A DNA stretch of 64,000 nucleotides from positions 576,001 to 640,000 of the forward strand of contig CAWGMQ010000011.1 of NCBI GenBank assembly GCA_963823665.1. Direction: 5' to 3'. Source of the DNA: an uncultured Planctomycetota bacterium (GTDB taxonomy: Bacteria; Planctomycetota; Planctomycetia; Isosphaerales; Isosphaeraceae). Under the pieces are notes generated by a model. That model searched no databases. It saw only the letters and a list, made by a program, of their open reading frames with translations, and was not told the DNA's origin. Both the position numbers and the translations under genes were made by a program. This document shows, in pieces, positions 20,368-30,364 of this stretch; the stretch's first letter is position 1, and every line of letters starts with the position of its first letter.

Positions 20368-20928
20368 TCATTTCCCCGACCCGTCGGCGAGACGTGAGGT
20401 CAACCAGGCCCGGGCGTAAGTCCAGAGTCGGAAGGCGGTTGCACGGGGAATACCGAGGGCGTCGCCCGCTTCTTGGACGGAGAGGCCGCCGAAGACCCGC
20501 AGCTTCGCCAGCTCGGCGGCCGACGGTTCGATCGCCGTGAACCGGGTGAGAGCATCGTCCAGGTCGATCCAGCGGTCGGGGTCGGAGCCGCGGGCGGGCA
20601 AGCGATCCGGGTCGAGGTCGGCACGCGCGGCGCGGTCGCCGCGCTTCTCCGCCCGTTTCGCCCGGGCGTGGTCGACGAGGATCCGGCGCATGGCCTCGGC
20701 GGCCGCGGCGAAGAAGTGACCGCGGCCATCGAACTGCTGATCCCCGACGAGCTTCAGGTAAGCTTCGTGAACCAGGGCGGTGGCGTCGAGGGTGTGCCCG
20801 GGAGCTTCGGCCGCCATGCGTGCGGCGGCGAGCTTCCGCAGCTCATCGTAGACGAGCGGTAGCAACTGGGCTGCGGCCTTGCAGTCGCCGGCTCCTGCGG
20901 CCTCGAGCAGGCGGGTCAGATCGGGCAT
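20368..20928 (-). CDS. ECF sigma factor (TIGR02999-like, kinase-associated)
   Basis: LLPLVYDELRKLAA, TLDATALVHEAYLKL, HFFAAAAEAMRRILVDHAR, WTYARAWL. Confidence 0.92.
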   Translation of the reverse strand: MPDLTRLLEAAGAGDCKAAAQLLPLVYDELRKLAAARMAAEAPGHTLDATALVHEAYLKLVGDQQFDGRGHFFAAAAEAMRRILVDHARAKRAEKRGDRAARADLDPDRLPARGSDPDRWIDLDDALTRFTAIEPSAAELAKLRVFGGLSVQEAGDALGIPRATAFRLWTYARAWLTSRLADGSGK

Positions 20929-20986
20929 GAGGGCGAGTTTATCAGCGCCCGGCGGCTGAAGCACACAGAAACCAAGCGGGTGACGA

Positions 20987-22903
20987 CTACGGAGGAGGCT
21001 GGTGATAAGGCTGCCTGGACGCGTAGAGCTTCAATCGGGTGCGGTAATCCGCTTTCTCTACTTCCGTCGCGAGCGATGCGATCGCGTCTTCTTGTGACTT
21101 GACAGCCTGGTCGAACTGACCCGCTTCGGCGTAGGCGGCGGAAAGTGTGTCGAGGAAAGTTGCGTTCTTCCGCTGGGTCAACTCGCACGCTTTCTTCGCC
21201 GACTCGACGGCCTGACTGCCATTGCGGTACTTCGCGTCCGAACAGGTGGCCTGGAGCCAGGCACGGTTGTTCAGACTTTCGGGGTAACTGGGATCGAGGC
21301 GGATGGCCTCATTGTAATCGGCGATTGCCTTGCCGAATGCGCCCATACTCGCGTGCGCGACGCCGCGGTTGAGATACGCGGCGGCGTAATTCGGGTCGAT
21401 ACGAATGGCTTCGCTGTAGTCGTCAATTGCCTTTTTGCGCGCACCCATCTTCTCCGATGCGATGCCGCGGCAGTAGTGTGCTCTCGCGCACCTGGGATCG
21501 ATTCGAATGGCCTCGCTGAAATCGGCGATTGCCTTCGCCTCATCGGTCTTCTCATGCCACGCGCGACCCCGCCCAACGTAAGCGTCAACAAACGCGGGAT
21601 CGAGGCGGATGGCCTTCTCAAAATCAGCGATCGCTGTGTCGAGTTGTTTCCTGTCAAGCAAGATTTCGCCGCGATTTCGGTAGGCCAGGACGCCTTCCGG
21701 ATCGATACGAATGGCCTCGTTGAGGTCGGCGATCGCTCGATCGTCATCCTTGTTGAGCCGCCAGGCACAGCCGCGGTCGTTGTAGGCCATCGCGAAATCG
21801 GGTTTCAGGCGAATGGATTCGCTCAAGTCATCGACCGCCTTGACGTATTCCTTCTTCAGGATCCAGGCGTTACCGCGGTAGGCATAGGCCATAGAATCGC
21901 TGGGGTCGATGCGAATCGCGGAGTTGAAGTCATCGATGGCTTTCTCGCATTCCTTCTTCTGGCGCCACGCAAAGCCGCGGCAGGTGTAGGCGTTGGCGAG
22001 GCGAGGCTCGAGCTTGATTGCGTATGTACAGTCCTTGATTGCTTGATCGGGTTTGTGCAGGTCGATACAGACTGCGCCGCGCATGCAGTAGGCGATGGCG
22101 TACTTGGCGTCGAGCCGAATGGCATGATCGAAATCGCTGAGGGCCTTGGCGTGCTGCTTCTTCTCGTGCCACGCGGAGCCGCGTTGGAAATAGACGATGG
22201 CTTTGCTGGGATCGAGCCGGATCGCGCTGTTGTAGTCCGCAATGGCCTTGTCGTACTGTTTTTCGGCACTCCAGGTGTCACCACGATTGCAATAGGCCTC
22301 CGCAAGGGCCGGCCGCATTCGGATCGCCTCGTCATAATCGGCACGTGATTTGGCGAACTCCCCCTTCGCGTACAGGACCCTGGCGCGCTCGAAATAGAAC
22401 CAAACGCGATTCGGATTGAGCTCGATCGCTTTGGTGTAGTCAGAAAGGGCGAGGTCGATTTCGCTCTTGTCACGCCGAATGCAGGCGCGCACAGCGTAGG
22501 GGAACGGGTCGCGCGGATCCTTGGCGATCCGCGCGGTGAAGAATTCCACGGAACCGTCCACTGGGATCACATCATCGGCGTTGGCCCAGCCTTCCATGGT
22601 CCCGCTTTCGGATTTCAACCACAGCCAAAGGCCTTCCGCGCTCACAACCCGGTAGATCCGGACGTTCTCGCTAGGAGAAAACCGCGTCTTCCCCAGGCGG
22701 AATGTCAGCTCGCTGGATTTTTGCACGACCCTCTTGCCGACCATGTCCCTCGCGGGCTGGCCAGCGGCATCAGGCGGAAAGGACACAGCGGCGACTAAAC
22801 AGCTAACAGCCGTGATCGCCCGCAACTGGGCCCGAGCCCTCGGGCTGCAACTTCGATGTAGGGTTCGATTCAATCCGAGCTTTTGCAGTTTGCAACCGGA
22901 CAT
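20987..22903 (-). CDS. Secreted TPR-repeat protein with N-terminal SH3-like segment (paralog 1)
   Basis: More than 10 34-aa TPRs (AIADYNEAIRLDP, AYCNRG). C-terminal NNRAWLQATC...RNGSQAVESAKKACELT. Confidence 0.88.
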   Translation of the reverse strand: MSGCKLQKLGLNRTLHRSCSPRARAQLRAITAVSCLVAAVSFPPDAAGQPARDMVGKRVVQKSSELTFRLGKTRFSPSENVRIYRVVSAEGLWLWLKSESGTMEGWANADDVIPVDGSVEFFTARIAKDPRDPFPYAVRACIRRDKSEIDLALSDYTKAIELNPNRVWFYFERARVLYAKGEFAKSRADYDEAIRMRPALAEAYCNRGDTWSAEKQYDKAIADYNSAIRLDPSKAIVYFQRGSAWHEKKQHAKALSDFDHAIRLDAKYAIAYCMRGAVCIDLHKPDQAIKDCTYAIKLEPRLANAYTCRGFAWRQKKECEKAIDDFNSAIRIDPSDSMAYAYRGNAWILKKEYVKAVDDLSESIRLKPDFAMAYNDRGCAWRLNKDDDRAIADLNEAIRIDPEGVLAYRNRGEILLDRKQLDTAIADFEKAIRLDPAFVDAYVGRGRAWHEKTDEAKAIADFSEAIRIDPRCARAHYCRGIASEKMGARKKAIDDYSEAIRIDPNYAAAYLNRGVAHASMGAFGKAIADYNEAIRLDPSYPESLNNRAWLQATCSDAKYRNGSQAVESAKKACELTQRKNATFLDTLSAAYAEAGQFDQAVKSQEDAIASLATEVEKADYRTRLKLYASRQPYHQPPP

Positions 22904-23047
22904 TGCCGCGGTCTCCCGGGAGGCATCGCAAGTCCGCTTCGCCGAATAATAGCCATCGGTGTATGAAGATACGACGGAAGGCCCGGCGCGATCAAGGGGG
23001 TGTGATTCGCGGCGAACTAACTCTCGAGGCCCGAGTCAATCAGACGA

Positions 23048-24586
23048 CTAAGGGGGAAGCTGGCGGTAGGGCTGCCGGGAAGCGTAGAGCTTCAATCGGG
23101 TGCGGTAATCCGCTTTCTCCGCTTCTGTGGTGAGCAATGCGATCGCGTCTTCTTGTGACTTCACTGCCTGGTCGAATTGACCCGCTTCGGCGTAGGCGGC
23201 GGAAAGTGTGTCGATCAGAGATGCGATCTTCCACTCGGTCAAGCCGCACGCCTTTTTCGCTGATTGGACGGCCTCTTTGCCGTTGCGGATCCTGGCGTCG
23301 GGACACGTGGCCAGGAGCCACGCGCGGTTGTTGAGACTTTCGCCAGAGGTGGGATCGAGCCGGATGGCTTCGGCGTAATCGGCGAGTGCCTTGTGGTAGT
23401 CCAGCTTGTCTCGCCACGCGTCGCCGCGCGCACGGTAGGCGAGAGTATCCTGGGGATCGATGCGAATGGCAGCGCCAAAATCGGCGATTGCCCGGGTGAG
23501 CTCTTTGCTCTCGTGCCAGATGGCGCCGCGGTTGAGATAGGCAAGCTCGCAGTCGGGATCAATGCGGATTGCTTCGGAGAAGTCGTCGATCGCCTTGACA
23601 CGTTCGTTGATTGCTCGCCAGATGAGCCCGCGGCCGGCGAATGCCAGAGCGTTTGCGGGTTCGAATCGAATCGCGGTGTTCAAGTCTGCGAGTGCCTTGT
23701 CGAACTCATTCTTGGCCGCCCAGGCGCTGCCGCGGTCGATGTAAGCGATCGCCAGACGAGGATTGAGCTTGATGGCGTGGTTGAAGTCCTTGAAGGCTCC
23801 GTCAAGCTCATTGAGCTGCTGGCGGATGTAGCCGCGAGCGCTAAAGGCGAGCGCGTTTCTTGGATCAAGCCGGATGGCGTGGCTCATGTCGCCAAGGGCG
23901 CTGGGAAATTCTTTCTTGAGCCCCCGGACGCGGCCGCGGTTGAAGAACGAATCGCCACGGTTTGGATCGAGCTGGATCGCTCGGCTGTAGTCGGCGATCG
24001 CTCTGTCGTACTGGCGCTCGCTGCACCATGACTCGGCACGGCTCGAGTAGGCTTCGACGCTCTCGGGCCACCGAAGGATCAGCTCGTCGTAGTCTGCGCG
24101 AGCGCGAGCGTAGTTCTTCTTTGCAGTCCACACCCTGGCGCGCTGGAAGTAGAACCAGGCGCGCTCGGAATTGAGCTGGATTGCCTTGTTAAAATCGCGC
24201 AGGGCGAGGTCGACCTCGCCCTGATCATGACGGACGAGCGCTCGCCCGGCGTAGAGAAAGGGATCGCGTGCGTCGTTGGCGATCCGGGCCGTGAAGAACT
24301 TTGCGGCGTCTTCGACGGGGATCACATCATCCGCATCGGCCCAGCCTTCGATGACACCGTTCTCGGACTTCAGCCACAGCCTGGTACCGTCGGCACTGAC
24401 GACGTGATAGATCGGTACCTCGTCGCTATGGGAAAACCGCCTGTCCCCGCCATGCAGCATCAATTTGCCCGACTTCTGCACAACTCGCGAGCCGTCGGCG
24501 ATCTTGCCGGTCTGGGCGTGGGCCCCGGCCGCGACACACTGAGCGACCAACAGACAAATGATCGCCATGAGCACCCGAGCCGGCAT
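23048..24586 (-). CDS. Secreted TPR-repeat protein (paralog 2)
   Basis: Same architecture with fewer TPRs. Signal peptide MPARVLMAIICLLVAQCVAAGAHA. Confidence 0.88.
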   Translation of the reverse strand: MPARVLMAIICLLVAQCVAAGAHAQTGKIADGSRVVQKSGKLMLHGGDRRFSHSDEVPIYHVVSADGTRLWLKSENGVIEGWADADDVIPVEDAAKFFTARIANDARDPFLYAGRALVRHDQGEVDLALRDFNKAIQLNSERAWFYFQRARVWTAKKNYARARADYDELILRWPESVEAYSSRAESWCSERQYDRAIADYSRAIQLDPNRGDSFFNRGRVRGLKKEFPSALGDMSHAIRLDPRNALAFSARGYIRQQLNELDGAFKDFNHAIKLNPRLAIAYIDRGSAWAAKNEFDKALADLNTAIRFEPANALAFAGRGLIWRAINERVKAIDDFSEAIRIDPDCELAYLNRGAIWHESKELTRAIADFGAAIRIDPQDTLAYRARGDAWRDKLDYHKALADYAEAIRLDPTSGESLNNRAWLLATCPDARIRNGKEAVQSAKKACGLTEWKIASLIDTLSAAYAEAGQFDQAVKSQEDAIALLTTEAEKADYRTRLKLYASRQPYRQLPP

Positions 24587-24789
24587 CTTGTGCCATGACC
24601 TTCCCAGTCGAAACACAGCGTGATTCGACTGAGGCGCCGACCCACCGTAGAGGGCCATGCTACAATCTCCCGCGAGAGCACACCAACTCACAGGGCGGAA
24701 TCGCGATTCATCAGTGTATGATGATACGACCTTTAGCCCCACGACATCAAGTGGCATGGTCTTGGCTGGAGTGAATTTCGAGGCGCACG

Positions 24790-25782
24790 CTACTTCGGCG
24801 CCTTTGGGTGCGCTGCCGTGGATTCAAAAAACTCCACCGTCCGCCTGATTCCCGGCAGCAAGTATCCGACGGATGAATAGTGTCCGCAGTCGTACCAGAG
24901 GATCGGGGGTTTGCCGGCGGCTTCCCAGAGCCGGCGGGTGCACTCCGGGGGCACGACCTCATCGACCTTGCCAGCAATCATGAGCATGCGCTTTCCGGCC
25001 AGGCCGGCCGCATAAGTGAGCGGGTCGAACGGGTCCGTCAGCTTTTTGAGGTCGGCCTTTGTGCGTCCGGATTCAATCCAGACTTTCCGGAAAGGCGCTC
25101 CTTCGGGCATTTCCCACAAGACCGTCGAGAGATCGCCGCCGGCCAGCAGGAATGCGCCGTCCTTGATTGCCGGGTCCACTCCGGCCACGAGCGCCGAGAC
25201 GATTCCGCCCAGGCTGATTCCGGAGACGCCCAGATGGGCAGGATCGACGCCGGGCTGGGCGGCGAGCCAGCAGCCGGCTCGGCGCACGTCGAGGACGGCC
25301 TGGCGCATGGCCGTCATCGTGCGCTCGATATCTGCCGAGACGAGGCGCTTCGAGGGAATTGCACGGTCGCGGCCGGGCGGCCGCCGCTCGCCGTAGTAGG
25401 GCAGCTTGACGAAGAGAGCCGCGATCCCGCGGTCGGCCATCCGCGCAGCCATGTAGCGCGAGAGCGGGAAATCGGCGCCCAGGATGTGCAGCACGATGAC
25501 GCCGGGACGGCCGGACGCGGTCCCGATCGGGGCAAAGAACTCGGCGTGGACGGTATTGTTCTCGATGTCGGGCGTTTCGACGAGCGACGGAAATCGCAGC
25601 TTGGCAACCGTGTAGCGAGAGGTCGAGAGCATCGGCTCGAGCTCGTAGCGGAACGTCGAGCCCTTCATGCGGAACTGCTCGGGCACCGACGATTCCTTCG
25701 CATCCGGCTGAAACGTGACTTCGCCTGTCTGGACGGGGCCAGCACTCAGACACAACACCATGGCGGCAAGAACGCTATTCAT
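24790..25782 (-). CDS. Secreted alpha/beta hydrolase
   Basis: Nucleophile elbow GISLGG, DEVVP, GHY triad, signal peptide. Confidence 0.85.
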   Translation of the reverse strand: MNSVLAAMVLCLSAGPVQTGEVTFQPDAKESSVPEQFRMKGSTFRYELEPMLSTSRYTVAKLRFPSLVETPDIENNTVHAEFFAPIGTASGRPGVIVLHILGADFPLSRYMAARMADRGIAALFVKLPYYGERRPPGRDRAIPSKRLVSADIERTMTAMRQAVLDVRRAGCWLAAQPGVDPAHLGVSGISLGGIVSALVAGVDPAIKDGAFLLAGGDLSTVLWEMPEGAPFRKVWIESGRTKADLKKLTDPFDPLTYAAGLAGKRMLMIAGKVDEVVPPECTRRLWEAAGKPPILWYDCGHYSSVGYLLPGIRRTVEFFESTAAHPKAPK

Positions 25783-25970
25783 TGGTTATTGCCGCTTTCG
25801 GGTTGAGAACGGTGGATCATCGTGCACCTATCCGGCACATTTCTTCGGAATCCGCCTTATCCTTTGATCCAATCTCAGATAATCTGTCGGCCCGGATACC
25901 AGGCGGTGGCCCTGGCTAATCGGAAACCAGCACTGGCAGTGACATTGCCACTCAGAGAGCATGGAGCGGG

Positions 25971-26025
25971 CGGCACACGGAGTGTGCCTGCTACAGAGCA
26001 GCACTGGCGGAGCCAGTGACACCCG
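25971..26025. repeat. REP-like palindromes (CGGCACACGGAGTGTGCCTGCTAC; GCACTGGCGGAGCCAGTG)
   Basis: Short intergenic hairpins GGCACAC/GTGTGCC and CACTGGC/GCCAGTG. Confidence 0.6.
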
Positions 26026-26104
26026 GATCCATCTTCGATCGCACGAACCGGGCGCAGTTCATTATGCCGACTCTGCTGTGTCTGGGAAGGGAGATTCTCA
26101 CTCG

Positions 26105-27181
26105 ATGATCGAAGCGCAGCCGCGGCTAGCCCGGCTGGAACCGGCCCGAGTCTGCATCATCAAGCCAAGCTCACTTGGCGATGTGGTTCATGCTTTGCCG
26201 ATCCTGACGGCGCTCCGAGCCCGCTGGCCGTTGGCTCACATTTCGTGGGTGGTCAATCATCCCTTTCGCGAGGTGCTCGAAGGTCATCCGGCGCTTGACG
26301 AGCTGATTGTCCACGACCGATCAACCGAGCGTGCGGGGCCGCTCGGGATATCCGGCACGGGCGGGCTGTTCAGGAGGCTGGCTCAAGGCCGCTTCGACCT
26401 GACGATCGACCTGCAAGGGCTATTGCGATCGGGGCTGATGACTGCGGCCACGCGGGCGCACGTGCGCGTGGGAATGGCCGATGCGCGTGAGGGGGCTCGG
26501 TGGTTCTACACGGACCGCGTCGACGCATCGCGGCTACGGCTGCACGCGGTGGAGCGCGTGCGCCGCGTCGCCGCCGCCTTCGGGGCGAGCATGGCCGAGC
26601 CGCAGTTTGGCCTGACTGTCGCTACTGAGCACGCGGAATGGGCGAGACACGTGCTCGAACCCTTGCCGAGGCCCCGAATCGTGCTGAACCTCGGTGCGCA
26701 GTGGCTGACGAAACGCTGGCCTCCCGAGCATTTTGCCGAGATCGCGCGGCGCGCGGTTACGAGATACGGTGCGGGCTTGATCGCCGTGGGCTCGGCGTCG
26801 GATCGAGGGCTTGTCGAGGACCTCGTGCGACACGCGGCTCCGATTCCGATCCTCAACCTGTGCGGCCAAACGGGCCTGAATCAGCTCGCGGCAGTGATGA
26901 CGGCGTCGGACCTGCTGATCTCGAACGATACCGGCCCGTTGCACCTGGCTGCGGCGGCCGGGGCCCGGGTCGTGGGGATCTACACCTGCACGGACCCGGT
27001 TCTGACCGGTCCGTTCGGCCCGCGGGCGACCACGGTTCAAACGGCAGTCTGGTGCAAATGCAGCCTGATCAAAACGTGTCGTCGCATGGAATGTATGAGT
27101 GAGCTGACGCCTGACCGCGTTTGGCCGGTGGTGCAGCAACAGACCGAGCAGGCGATTAACGCGACCGCCCGCGCCGGTTGA
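26105..27181 (+). CDS. Glycosyltransferase family 9 (LPS heptosyltransferase WaaF/WaaC-like)
   Basis: IIKPSSLGDVVHALP, IDLQGLLRSG, KRWPPEHF, ISNDTGPLHLAAA. Confidence 0.9.
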   Translation: MIEAQPRLARLEPARVCIIKPSSLGDVVHALPILTALRARWPLAHISWVVNHPFREVLEGHPALDELIVHDRSTERAGPLGISGTGGLFRRLAQGRFDLTIDLQGLLRSGLMTAATRAHVRVGMADAREGARWFYTDRVDASRLRLHAVERVRRVAAAFGASMAEPQFGLTVATEHAEWARHVLEPLPRPRIVLNLGAQWLTKRWPPEHFAEIARRAVTRYGAGLIAVGSASDRGLVEDLVRHAAPIPILNLCGQTGLNQLAAVMTASDLLISNDTGPLHLAAAAGARVVGIYTCTDPVLTGPFGPRATTVQTAVWCKCSLIKTCRRMECMSELTPDRVWPVVQQQTEQAINATARAG

Positions 27182-27187
27182 GGTCGC

Positions 27188-29101
27188 TCAGGGCCGGGCC
27201 GGCACCGGGTCGATGCGAGGAGGCACCGCCCAGTTACCTGATAGATTTCCTGAGCGTAGTCTGTCGAACAGTGCCAGGATGCGATCGCCTGGGACCGCCA
27301 TGCAACCGTGCCCTCCCACCCGGGCGATCGTGATCCCAATCACCTTGCCAGAGAGGTCTACCAGCGGACCTCCGCACTCGTGGGGCCTCACCGCGGCCGC
27401 GTGCTCGAACACCACCGGAAAGTCGTCGCACCGGAAATTGGCGTCTCCAAATTCGCCCTCCGCGTGCAGGGGAACACGGATGCTAAGCGGTTTTCCCTCG
27501 TGGAGTAGCGCAACGGATACGGTGTCACCGGAGAACCGCCGCTGTGGCGTTGCGTCGGACTTGATCGGGCGGCCGTCGATCGTTTGGATTCTATCCCCGG
27601 CCCGGATCCCGGCCGCAAGCGAGCGGCCCCACGCGTGCTGGACCAGGACGCCCTCATTGGACTCGACGCCCAGGCTGAGCTCCAGCCTCGCCGCGCGGAC
27701 GCGCAGGGGCATCCGGCCTGGCGGCGGCTTCGCGTCATTGAGATCACGTCGCGCCACGCTGACGATGCCCACCGCCAGGGGGTCTCCGCCCGCGCCGACG
27801 GCGGCCACGAAGCTTCCCACCCCCGGCGTGGGGGCGTCGGACCAGGCCACTGGGGCGAGTTCGGCGGTATCTGGCACTCGGAGGAGGGCCAGGTCGAATG
27901 CCAGGTCGACTCCGACGACCTGCGGTCGCCCCACCGTGCCCCTGGGAAGCCGGCATGTCGGTTCGGGCGGTAGCTCGCTGGCCTTGGTGAGGATCCAACC
28001 GCCCGGCGCGACAACGGTGCCCAGGGCGACAGGGACGCCCTCGTTGAGGATCGTCACGACGGCGGCAGCCGACCGCGTCGTGATCGGCCGGAACGCCGCC
28101 AGCACAGAAGGGCCTTGCGACCAATCCGCGCCGGGCACCGGCCTCTCGCGGTGCAGCATCCAGATCTCCCGAGTGAGCGCGAAGTTGTCGCGCGCGTTCA
28201 TGACCGGGATCGGTAGCTCGCGGTTCAGCATCCGGGGCAGGAGTCGGCCGATCATCGGGCTCGCCAGGGTCGTCATCGGGCCAAACCCGGGTTGGCCGCA
28301 GCGCTGGGCGAGGTCCGGGTTCCCCGGCAGCAGGTCCAACAGGTCGGCGCTGCCATTGTGCGAGATGCCGACAAGGTCCCCTTCGAGGTTGAAGTAGGGG
28401 CCGCCCGAGTCGCCGCCCGAGATCGGGCAATCGGCGAGAAACCCATCGTCGACCCGCGCGACCACGCGGCCGGAGCGGACCACGGCCGGGCGGTCACGGC
28501 GGTGCCCCCAGGGATGACCCAACTTGAGCACCCACTCACCGTCTCCCACGACGGCGTCGGGCTTTAAGGGGACAAACGGATACGGACCCTTGCCGGTGAG
28601 GCGAACCAGCGCAAGGTCATGTCCGGGCATCGCGCCCATTAGCTCCGCGGGGCACGCGCGGCCATCGTGCAGGATGATCGTGGTCATTTCGCCTGGCCGA
28701 TGGCTACCGTCCTTGTCGCATGGGTCAAGGATCCCGGATGGGGTCAGCGCCGCGTGGCTTACGTGCCACTGCGTGAGCACAAGCCCCTCGGGGCTGATGA
28801 TCACACCGGAAGCGCCTTCGGCATAGCGGCCTCCCCGGAGTCGCTTCGCCTCCTCGGGGTTCATGACCGCGACGACGGCCGGCCGAACGGCCTCCGCCAC
28901 GCGACGGAACTTCGCCTCGAGCGCTCCCAGCGCCGGGATGTCGACGGGGATCGATTCGGGGTGGGTGGGGGCGTCGCCCGATGTTGACCCGATCCCCGCC
29001 GGCCGGCGAACCAGGCCGCGGGACCAAATCGGATAGGAGGCCGCCACGGCGATGGCGACCAGAGCGACCCACATTGCCTTCCTGGGTCTCAAGTTTTGCA
29101 C
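27188..29101 (-). CDS. S1C/HtrA-like serine protease: two trypsin-like domains plus PDZ
   Basis: First domain TQWHV / HDLAL / GGDSGGP. The second domain is degenerate (TKASEL, HECGGP). Confidence 0.85.
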   Translation of the reverse strand: MQNLRPRKAMWVALVAIAVAASYPIWSRGLVRRPAGIGSTSGDAPTHPESIPVDIPALGALEAKFRRVAEAVRPAVVAVMNPEEAKRLRGGRYAEGASGVIISPEGLVLTQWHVSHAALTPSGILDPCDKDGSHRPGEMTTIILHDGRACPAELMGAMPGHDLALVRLTGKGPYPFVPLKPDAVVGDGEWVLKLGHPWGHRRDRPAVVRSGRVVARVDDGFLADCPISGGDSGGPYFNLEGDLVGISHNGSADLLDLLPGNPDLAQRCGQPGFGPMTTLASPMIGRLLPRMLNRELPIPVMNARDNFALTREIWMLHRERPVPGADWSQGPSVLAAFRPITTRSAAAVVTILNEGVPVALGTVVAPGGWILTKASELPPEPTCRLPRGTVGRPQVVGVDLAFDLALLRVPDTAELAPVAWSDAPTPGVGSFVAAVGAGGDPLAVGIVSVARRDLNDAKPPPGRMPLRVRAARLELSLGVESNEGVLVQHAWGRSLAAGIRAGDRIQTIDGRPIKSDATPQRRFSGDTVSVALLHEGKPLSIRVPLHAEGEFGDANFRCDDFPVVFEHAAAVRPHECGGPLVDLSGKVIGITIARVGGHGCMAVPGDRILALFDRLRSGNLSGNWAVPPRIDPVPARP

Positions 29102-29260
29102 CCCACGATGGACTCGCCATCGAACCGGCGTCTGTCCGGTACCGCACGGATTTGTTACCGCCGAGCTCGAATCGATTCTATCCGCGCCCGCATCGGCGCG
29201 GGAGTGAGTTGCGGGTACTCGCCATCGTGTTGCGGCGTGGGACCGTGGGGAGGGGAAAGA

Positions 29261-29286
29261 CCCTTCGCGGAGCGAAGGGCGACACT
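29261..29286. repeat. REP-like hairpin CCCTTCGC-GGA-GCGAAGGG-CGACACT
   Basis: Perfect 8-bp inverted repeat just past the lptB stop. Confidence 0.55.
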
Positions 29287-29294
29287 GGCGGTTC

Positions 29295-30272
29295 TCAATC
29301 CCAATCCTCGTCGGCGGAATTGGAGCCGGAATGGTCCTGGTCGGGATCTATCGGCGACTCTTCGCTGTATTCGATGGTGTATTCCTCGAGCTGGCCGAGG
29401 AAAGCGTCGGTACTCACAGTCTGACCGGGCAGCATGAATGAGCGGTCGTTGAATTCGTCGAGATGGGCTTCCGGGACCGCGGGCTCGGGTGCAGGCTGAT
29501 CCGGATGCGGCAGTGATGCGGGCCGGCGGCGGTCGAGCAAGTGTCCGACGTCGAACCGCTCGCCGATGTAGCGCCTTCGAACGTCGGGGTTCTTGAGAAT
29601 CTGCTCGCGATTTCCGTAAGCAAACACGCGACCATCGCTGATCACGTAGCAGCGATCGGTGACCTCGAGGGTTTCTCGGAACTGGTGGTCGGTCAAGAGG
29701 ATGCCGATATTGTATTGTTCGACCAGGGCACGGATCTGGTCCTGGATCTCGGCGACCGTCTTGGGGTCGATGCCCGCGAACGGCTCGTCAAGCATGATCA
29801 TCTTGGGATCGTTGATAAGGGACCGCGCGATCTCCAGACGCCGGCGCTCGCCGCCGGAGACGCGGTTGGCCTTGGTTTTGCGGATCTTGGTGAGGCCAAA
29901 CTGGTCCAGCAGCTCGTTCTGGCGGTCTCTTTGCTGCTTCCGGCTCAAGTCGCGCCGGGTTTGCAGGATGGCCATCAAGTTGTCTTCAACCGACAACTGC
30001 CGGAAGACGCTGGTATCCTGCGCCAGATATCCCATGCCGGCCCGGGCCCGGAGGTACATCGGCAGCTTGGTGACATCGCGGTCGTCGAACATGACAGAGC
30101 CGCCGTCCGCATCGATCAAGCCGATCGTCATGCGGAAGCTCGTGGTCTTGCCCGCGCCGTTGGGCCCGAGGAGGCCCACGACCTCGCCACGCTCGACGTC
30201 GTAGTCGACCCCGCTCACCACCATGCGGCGGCCGTATGATTTTTGCAGACCGCGAACTTGCAAGAGGGGCAC
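29295..30272 (-). CDS. lptB: LPS export ABC transporter ATP-binding protein, with acidic C-terminal extension
   Basis: GPNGAGKTT, LPMYLRARAGMGYLAQ, SGGERRRLEIARSL, LDEPFAGIDP, ILLTDH. Confidence 0.92.
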   Translation of the reverse strand: MPLLQVRGLQKSYGRRMVVSGVDYDVERGEVVGLLGPNGAGKTTSFRMTIGLIDADGGSVMFDDRDVTKLPMYLRARAGMGYLAQDTSVFRQLSVEDNLMAILQTRRDLSRKQQRDRQNELLDQFGLTKIRKTKANRVSGGERRRLEIARSLINDPKMIMLDEPFAGIDPKTVAEIQDQIRALVEQYNIGILLTDHQFRETLEVTDRCYVISDGRVFAYGNREQILKNPDVRRRYIGERFDVGHLLDRRRPASLPHPDQPAPEPAVPEAHLDEFNDRSFMLPGQTVSTDAFLGQLEEYTIEYSEESPIDPDQDHSGSNSADEDWD

Positions 30273-30300
30273 GGCTCGATCCTCCTTGATCGCAGATTTA

Positions 30301-30324
30301 GCTCGGCGGGAGCCTCGCCTTCCC
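30301..30324. repeat. REP-like element GCTCGGCGGGAGCCTCGCCTTCCC
   Basis: Intergenic. Resembles a common planctomycete REP motif (from recollection). Confidence 0.45.
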
Positions 30325-30364
30325 GGGCGGGAGCCCTGGGCTTCCCGGCGTCAGACGACGGCGG

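Noticed and set aside
21010..23215. Diversity-generating retroelement TR/VR pair
   Set aside because: The mismatches are not adenine-specific on either strand, both copies are coding 3' ends, and no RT is present.
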